From Rebecca billardiae RCC1528 (Eukaryota > Protista > Haptophyta): a DNA stretch of 64,000 bases. The stretch covers positions 3,472,001-3,536,000 of the forward strand of contig OZ251223.1 of NCBI GenBank assembly GCA_965240325.2, in the 5' to 3' direction. The position numbers were made by a program, and so were the translations under genes. Positions 56,401 to 64,000 of this stretch are shown one piece after another. Under the pieces are notes generated by a model, which saw only the letters and a program-made list of their open reading frames with translations, was not told where the DNA came from and did not search any database. The stretch's first letter is position 1. The number at the start of each line of letters is the position of its first letter.

Positions 56401-58712
56401 GGCCCACGAGAGCACGCCCAGCGAGTACCGGTACTCGCCGTTCGTGTCGCGCACGGGCGTGAGCGACAGGTCGTTCGTGAAGCGCGAGCCGTCCTTGCGG
56501 TAGTTCGTCACCTGCACGTGCAGCTCAGTCATCTTGCGCAGCGCGCGCACCATCTTGGACACAATCTTGGGCTCGGTCGACGCGCCCTGCAAGAAGCGGC
56601 AGTTCCGGCCCTCAACCTCGGACTTCGGGTAGCCCGTCACGCGAGCGAAGCCGCCGTTGCAGTACATCACCGTCACGCCCGGCACCGTCATGTCCGTGAT
56701 CGCCACCGCGATCGGCAGCGGCTCCACAGCAGCCTTGAGCGCGCCCAGCCACGTGCCGTCGCCCACGGACGGCACCTGCCCTGACGACAGCGCCTGCAGC
56801 AGCTGCACGCTCGAGTGGGGAAGACTGAAATCGCCGCCGCCGCCCATGCCCATGCCCATCGGCTGCGACATCGGCTGCGCCATCGGCTGCGACATCGGCT
56901 GCGACATCGGCTGCGCCATCGGCTGCGCCATCGGCTGCGGCTGCGCGTACGACGGCTGAGGCGCGCCGTACCCGCCGCCCATGCCGTTCATCCCGCCGCC
57001 GCCCATCCCGCCGCCGCCCATCATCGGCGGAGGCGCCATCGGCGTCGAGCCGAATGGCACCGGCGGCTCCGGCGGGGCAGCAGCGCCAGAGATCTCGGCC
57101 AGCATCTCCTCGTGGTGGTCGGCGAACCGCTCCTCGCCCTGCATGTCCGCCGCAGACGCCGGCATGACCGCGGTCGTCTGCAGCGCGCGCTCGAGCAGCT
57201 GGTCCTCAGGGCCAGTCTCCGCAGCCGTCACCTCCTTGCGGTGCCGCGGGCCGACGTTCTGCCGCGTCGCCACCTCCACCTCCGCCGGAAGCAGCTGCAG
57301 CAGCAGAGACAACTTGTGCAGGCGCTGCTTCAGGTCAAGGCCGCCGTCCACCTCGAACTGCACGCCAAAGCACAGGCGGTACACGCCGTTCGAGTCGTGC
57401 ACCGGTCGCATCGACAGCAGGTTCTGGAACGTCTGCCCGTTCTTGCGGTAGTTGGTGATCTTGACGAAGCAGTCCGCGCCGCGCCGCAGCGTGTCCTGGA
57501 TGATCGCCACGGACGCCGGCTCCGTGCGAGGGCCCTGCAAGAAGCGGCAGTTGCGACCCTGCGCCTCGCGCTTCGAGTAGCCCGTCACGCGCCCAAACTC
57601 CTTGTTCGTGAACAACATCGGGTTGCCCGAGATCGCCATGTCCGACAGCACGATGCACGCGGGGAAGTCCTCGGCGAACGACGCGAACGAGTAGATGAAG
57701 CCCGCAAGGTCGTCCGGCACCTCGTACTTGTCCCAGATCAGCCCGCGGCTCGAGTCGATGCGGTCGATCGGCGGAACCATCGACTCGACGAGCGAGTCGC
57801 AACCGCCAGACTTGATCCACTTCGGGAACAGCTCGCCCGTCAGCTTCGACGTCACCTCCGCCGCCTTCTTCTCGAACGAGGCGAAGTCGAGCGACCGAGC
57901 CGTGCCCGAGGACATGCCCAGGTGCTTCTCGCAGATCTGACGCATGCGCACGTCGCGCGCACGCCCGTCCATCTTCGACAGCTTCTTCGCCTCGCTGAAG
58001 AAGTCGACGAGCGAGCCCTCGTTCGTGCGCTGCAAGAACTGGCGGAACGACGCCTGCGCCTGCTCGTTCGTCATCAGCTTCTCGAGCGACTGCTCGGCGT
58101 CAAGCGTCCACTGCAGCTTGGTGAACATCACCTGCGCCTTGCGGTGCTGCTGCGCCTTCGACTGCGAGTCCACGCGCACCTCCTTCGACGCGAACGCAGC
58201 AGGCTGAGCGGCGGCCGGCATCGTGCGCGGCAGCAGCTGACGCAGCTGCGCCAGCGCAGAGCGCTCGCCCTCCGACTGCTGCTCGGCCCACGAGAGCACG
58301 CCCAGCGAGTACCGGTACTCGCCGTTCGTGTCGCGCACGGGCGTGAGCGACAGGTCGTTCGTGAAGCGCGAGCCGTCCTTGCGGTAGTTCGTCACCTGCA
58401 CGTGCAGCTCCTTCATCTTGCGCAGCGCGCGCACCATCTTGGACACAATCTTGGGCTCGGTCGACGCGCCCTGCAAGAAGCGGCAGTTCCGGCCCTCCAC
58501 CTCGTACTTCGGGTAGCCCGTCACGCGAGCGAAGCCGCCGTTGCAGTACATCACCGTCACGCCCGGCACCGTCATGTCCGTGATCGCCACCGCGATCGGC
58601 AGCGGCTCCACAGCAGCCTTGAGCGCGCCCAGCCACGTGCCGTCGCCCACGGACGGCACCTGCCCGGACGACAGCGCCTGCAGCAGCTGCACGCTCGAGT
58701 CGGGCAGGCTGA

Positions 58713-58743
<31 letters not shown>

Positions 58744-60611
58744 CATGCCCATGCCCATCGGCTGCGACATCGGCTGCGCCATCGGCTGCGCCATCGGCTG
58801 CGCCATCGGCTGCGCCATCGGCTGCGACATCGGCTGCGGCTGCGCGTACGACGGCTGAGGCGCGCCGTACCCGCCGCCCATGCCGTTCATCCCGCCGCCG
58901 CCCATCCCGCCGCCGCCCATCATCGGCGGAGGCGCCATCGACGTCGAGCCGAATGGCACCGGCGGCTCCGGCGGGGCAGCAGCGCCAGAGATCTCGGCCA
59001 GCATCTCCTCGTGGTGGTCGGCGAACCGCTCCTCGCCCTGCATGTCCGCCGCAGACGCCGGCATGACCGCGGTCGTCTGCAGCGCGCGCTCGAGCAGCTG
59101 GTCCTCAGGGCCAGTCTCCGCAGCCGTCACCTCCTTGCGGTGCCGCGGGCCGACGTTCTGCCGCGTCGCCACCTCCACCTCCGCCGGAAGCAGCTGCAGC
59201 AGCAGAGACAACTTGTGCAGGCGCTGCTTCAGGTCAAGGCCGCCGTCCACCTCGAACTGCACGCCAAAGCACAGGCGGTACACGCCGTTCGAGTCGTGCA
59301 CCGGTCGCATCGACAGCAGGTTCTGGAACGTCTGCCCGTTCTTGCGGTAGTTGGTGATCTTGACGAAGCAGTCCGCGCCGCGCCGCAGCGTGTCCTGGAT
59401 GATCGCCACAGACGCCGGCTCCGTGCGAGGGCCCTGCAAGAAGCGGCAGTTACGACCCTGCGCCTCGCGCTTCGAGTAGCCCGTCACGCGCCCAAACTCC
59501 TTGTTCGTGAACAACATCGGGTTGCCCGAGATCGCCATGTCCGACAGCACGATGCACGCGGGGAAGTCCTCGGCGAACGACGCGAACGAGTAGATGAAGC
59601 CCGCAAGGTCGTCCGGCACCTCGTACTTGTCCCAGATCAGCCCGCGGCTCGAGTCGATGCGGTCGATCGGCGGAACCATCGACTCGACGAGCGAGTCGCA
59701 ACCGCCAGACTTGATCCACTTCGGGAACAGCTCGCCCGTCAGCTTCGACGTCACCTCCGCCGCCTTCTTCTCGAACGAGGCGAAGTCGAGCGACCGAGCC
59801 GTGCCCGAGGACATGCCCAGGTGCTTCTCGCAGATCTGACGCATGCGCACGTCGCGCGCACGCCCGTCCATCTTCGACAGCTTCTTCGCCTCGCTGAAGA
59901 AGTCGACGAGCGAGCCCTCGTTCGTGCGCTGCAAGAACTGGCGGAACGACGCCTGCGCCTGCTCGTTCGTCATCAGCTTCTCGAGCGACTGCTCGGCGTC
60001 AAGCGTCCACTGCAGCTTGGTGAACATCACCTGCGCCTTGCGGTGCTGCTGCGCCTTCGACTGCGAGTCCACGCGCACCTCCTTCGACGCGAACGCAGCA
60101 GGCTGAGCGGCGGCCGGCAGCGTGCGCGGCAGCAGCTGACGCAGCTGCGCCAGCGCAGAGCGCTCGCCCTCCGACTGCTGCTCGGCCCACGAGAGCACGC
60201 CCAGCGAGTACCGGTACTCGCCGTTCGTGTCGCGCACGGGCGTGAGCGACAGATCGTTCGTGAAGCGCGAGCCGTCCTTGCGGTAGTTCGTCACCTGCAC
60301 GTGCAGCTCCTTCATCTTGCGCAGCGCGCGCACCATCTTGGACACAATCTTGGGCTCGGTCGACGCGCCCTGCAAGAAGCGGCAGTTCCGGCCCTCCACC
60401 TCGTACTTCGGGTAGCCCGTCACGCGAGCGAAGCCGCCGTTGCAGTACATCACCGTCACGCCCGGCACCGTCATGTCCGTGATCGCCACCGCGATCGGCA
60501 GCGGCTCCACAGCAGCCTTGAGCGCGCCCAGCCACGTGCCGTCGCCCACGGACGGCACCTGCCCGGACGACAGCGCCTGCAGCAGCTGCACGCTCGAGTC
60601 GGGCAGGCTGA

Positions 60612-60642
<31 letters not shown>

Positions 60643-62510
60643 CATGCCCATGCCCATCGGCTGCGACATCGGCTGCGCCATCGGCTGCGACATCGGCTGC
60701 GCCATCGGCTGCGCCATCGGCTGCGACATCGGCTGCGGCTGCGCGTACGACGGCTGAGGCGCGCCGTACCCGCCGCCCATGCCGTTCATCCCGCCGCCGC
60801 CCATCCCGCCGCCGCCCATCATCGGCGGAGGCGCCATCGACGTCGAGCCGAATGGCTCCGGCGGCTCCGGCGGGGCGGCAGCGCCAGAGATCTCGGCCAG
60901 CATCTCCTCGTGGTGGTCGGCGAACCGCTCCTCGCCCTGCATGTCCGCCGCAGACGCCGGCATGACCGCGGTCGTCTGCAGCGCGCGCTCGAGCAGCTGG
61001 TCCTCAGGGCCAGTCTCCGCAGCCGTCACCTCCTTGCGGTGCCGCGGGCCGACGTTCTGCCGCGTCGCCACCTCCACCTCCGCCGGAAGCAGCTGCAGCA
61101 GCAGAGACAACTTGTGCAGGCGCTGCTTCAGGTCAAGGCCGCCGTCCACCTCGAACTGCACGCCAAAGCACAGGCGGTACACGCCGTTCGAGTCGTGCAC
61201 CGGTCGCATCGACAGCAGGTTCTGGAACGTCTGCCCGTTCTTGCGGTAGTTGGTGATCTTGACGAAGCAGTCCGCGCCGCGCCGCAGCGTGTCCTGGATG
61301 ATCGCCACAGACGCCGGCTCCGTGCGAGGGCCCTGCAAGAAGCGGCAGTTACGACCCTGCGCCTCGCGCTTCGAGTAGCCCGTCACGCGCCCAAACTCCT
61401 TGTTCGTGAACAACATCGGGTTGCCCGAGATCGCCATGTCCGACAGCACGATGCACGCGGGGAAGTCCTCGGCGAACGACGCGAACGAGTAGATGAAGCC
61501 CGCAAGGTCGTCCGGAACCTCGTACTTGTCCCAGATCAGCCCGCGGCTCGAGTCGATGCGGTCGATCGGCGGAACCATCGACTCGACGAGCGAGTCGCAA
61601 CCGCCAGACTTGATCCACTTCGGGAACAGCTCGCCCGTCAGCTTCGACGTCACCTCCGCCGCCTTCTTCTCGAACGAGGCGAAGTCGAGCGACCGAGCCG
61701 TGCCCGAGGACATGCCCAGGTGCTTCTCGCAGATCTGACGCATGCGCACGTCGCGCGCACGCCCGTCCATCTTCGACAGCTTCTTCGCCTCGCTGAAGAA
61801 GTCGACGAGCGAGCCCTCGTTCGTGCGCTGCAAGAACTGGCGGAACGACGCCTGCGCCTGCTCGTTCGTCATCAGCTTCTCGAGCGACTGCTCGGCGTCA
61901 AGCGTCCACTGCAGCTTGGTGAACATCACCTGCGCCTTGCGGTGCTGCTGCGCCTTCGACTGCGAGTCCACGCGCACCTCCTTCGACGCGAACGCAGCAG
62001 GCTGAGCGGCGGCCGGCAGCGTGCGCGGCAGCAGCTGACGCAGCTGCGCCAGCGCAGAGCGCTCGCCCTCCGACTGCTGCTCGGCCCACGAGAGCACGCC
62101 CAGCGAGTACCGGTACTCGCCGTTCGTGTCGCGCACGGGCGTGAGCGACAGATCGTTCGTGAAGCGCGAGCCGTCCTTGCGGTAGTTCGTCACCTGCACG
62201 TGCAGCTCCTTCATCTTGCGCAGCGCGCGCACCATCTTGGACACAATCTTGGGCTCGGTCGACGCGCCCTGCAAGAAGCGGCAGTTCCGGCCCTCCACCT
62301 CGTACTTCGGGTAGCCCGTCACGCGAGCGAAGCCGCCGTTGCAGTACATCACCGTCACGCCCGGCACCGTCATGTCCGTGATCGCCACCGCGATCGGCAG
62401 CGGCTCCACAGCAGCCTTGAGCGCGCCCAGCCACGTGCCGTCGCCCACGGACGGCACCTGCCCGGACGACAGCGCCTGCAGCAGCTGCACGCTCGAGTCG
62501 GGCAGGCTGA

Positions 62511-62541
<31 letters not shown>

Positions 62542-64000
62542 CATGCCCATGCCCATCGGCTGCGACATCGGCTGCGCCATCGGCTGCGACATCGGCTGCG
62601 CCATCGGCTGCGCCATCGGCTGCGCCATCGGCTGCGGCTGCGCGTACGACGGCTGAGGCGCGCCGTACCCGCCGCCCATGCCGTTCATCCCGCCGCCGCC
62701 CATCCCGCCGCCGCCCATCATCGGCGGAGGCGCCATCGGCGTCGAGCCGAATGGCACCGGCGGCTCCGGCGGGGCAGCAGCGCCAGAGATCTCGGCCAGC
62801 ATCTCCTCGTGGTGGTCGGCGAACCGCTCCTCGCCCTGCATGTCCGCCGCAGACGCCGGCATGACCGCGGTCGTCTGCAGCGCGCGCTCGAGCAGCTGGT
62901 CCTCAGGGCCAGTCTCCGCAGCCGTCACCTCCTTGCGGTGCCGCGGGCCGACGTTCTGCCGCGTCGCCACCTCCACCTCCGCCGGAAGCAGCTGCAGCAG
63001 CAGAGACAACTTGTGCAGGCGCTGCTTCAGGTCAAGGCCGCCGTCCACCTCGAACTGCACGCCAAAGCACAGGCGGTACACGCCGTTCGAGTCGTGCACC
63101 GGTCGCATCGACAGCAGGTTCTGGAACGTCTGCCCGTTCTTGCGGTAGTTGGTGATCTTGACGAAGCAGTCCGCGCCGCGCCGCAGCGTGTCCTGGATGA
63201 TCGCCACAGACGCCGGCTCCGTGCGAGGGCCCTGCAAGAAGCGGCAGTTACGACCCTGCGCCTCGCGCTTCGAGTAGCCCGTCACGCGCCCAAACTCCTT
63301 GTTCGTGAACAACATCGGGTTGCCCGAGATCGCCATGTCCGACAGCACGATGCACGCGGGGAAGTCCTCGGCGAACGACGCGAACGAGTAGATGAAGCCC
63401 GCAAGGTCGTCCGGAACCTCGTACTTGTCCCAGATCAGCCCGCGGCTCGAGTCGATGCGGTCGATCGGCGGAACCATCGACTCGACGAGCGAGTCGCAAC
63501 CGCCAGACTTGATCCACTTCGGGAACAGCTCGCCCGTCAGCTTCGACGTCACCTCCGCCGCCTTCTTCTCGAACGAGGCGAAGTCGAGCGACCGAGCCGT
63601 GCCCGAGGACATGCCCAGGTGCTTCTCGCAGATCTGACGCATGCGCACGTCGCGCGCACGCCCGTCCATCTTCGACAGCTTCTTCGCCTCGCTGAAGAAG
63701 TCGACGAGCGAGCCCTCGTTCGTGCGCTGCAAGAACTGGCGGAACGACGCCTGCGCCTGCTCGTTCGTCATCAGCTTCTCGAGCGACTGCTCGGCGTCGA
63801 GCGTCCACTGCAGCTTGGTGAACATCACCTGCGCCTTGCGGTGCTGCTGCGCCTTCGACTGCGAGTCCACGCGCACCTCCTTCGACGCGAACGCAGCAGG
63901 CTGAGCGGCGGCCGGCATCGTGCGCGGCAGCAGCTGACGCAGCTGCGCCAGCGCAGAGCGCTCGCCCTCCGACTGCTGCTCGGCCCACGAGAGCACGCCC
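50436..64000 (-). CDS. Giant (LOV-RGS-LOV)n - 6TM cation channel - C-linker/CNBD-like - ankyrin-repeat protein, 5'-partial; exons >64000..52716, 52565..52345, 52141..51002, 50875..50717, 50600..50436
   Basis: The 3789-aa ORF carries 9 GRNCRFLQG LOV motifs, 5 RGS-like domains, S1-S6, pore TTLGMP and a CNBD. GT-AG introns 52715..52566 and 52344..52142 join it in frame to the ankyrin ORF (LCTAAAAGDL, GRRAMHLAA, GRASLHVAA, GRSALHVAA, GNTPLDDA). The last two exons are less certain. Confidence 0.88.
51235..52105 (-). other. Ankyrin-repeat region (three similar blocks) of the giant gene
   Basis: Repeated LCxAA..., DxxGRxxxHxAAxxG and G(G/I/N)TPLxDA motifs, as in plant Shaker-type channel and glutaminase ankyrin tails. 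Confidence 0.92.
53345..54110 (-). other. Ion-transport domain S1-S6 of the giant gene
   Basis: YDAWMVPLQICF, LDVLYMLRIVVRFRLSY, IAQHYL...LLDLFTCWP, S4-like LRSFRMINLRYVR, AHICACFW, pore helix LWFVLTMLTTLG, S6 AWTVGQISALV. Confidence 0.92.
55205..64000 (-). repeat. Coding tandem array of 1899-bp (633-aa) units, about 4.6 copies visible; the last unit is 15 bp shorter
   Basis: Identical antisense ORFs recur at 55811, 57695, 59594, 61493 and 63392 (spacings 1884, 1899, 1899, 1899). Confidence 0.97.

Noticed and set aside
52255-56784. 1509-aa plus-strand ORF and other long antisense ORFs (e.g. 588..1643, 35417..37081, 45237..46898)
   Set aside because: Antisense shadows of real genes caused by high GC3 codon bias; no recognisable motifs.
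56860-56945. 12-bp repeats (CATCGGCTGCGC/GA) as a CRISPR-like array
   Set aside because: No unique spacers; they encode QPMA/QPMS within the ORF, in a eukaryotic context.

Overview
GC-rich eukaryotic DNA with short GC-rich GT-AG introns (GTGCGC donors, GCAG acceptors) and AT-rich microsatellite spacers. It is most consistent with an alga carrying a red-lineage secondary plastid, such as a haptophyte; this is inference, not a database result. I support about 19 protein-coding genes, mostly arranged as head-to-head pairs: AMSH-like deubiquitinase, DOT1-like methyltransferase, cysteine dioxygenase, IQCC-like protein, TTLL glutamylase, a GT-A-like protein, CAD-like ADH, TylF and family-16 methyltransferases, BioF with a PTS1, a lectin-like membrane protein, a polyamine/APC transporter, a DHHC acyltransferase, a SAM-prolyl hydroxylase-GT4 fusion, a sulfotransferase, DUF760, a multicopper oxidase and a processive GT2. 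A gene-free repeat block at about 10.2-22.2 kb contains 1 kb inverted repeats and a Helitron2/Helentron-like non-autonomous family. The standout is a giant minus-strand gene (>64000..50436, 5' end outside the window). It fuses a near-identical 1899-bp tandem array of LOV-RGS-LOV modules (9 complete LOV domains with GRNCRFLQG plus 5 RGS-like domains) in frame to a 6-TM CNG/Shaker-type channel with a non-K+ filter (TTLGMP), a degenerate CNBD and, after two clean introns, ankyrin repeats. It is a candidate natural flavin-based, blue-light-regulated cation channel.
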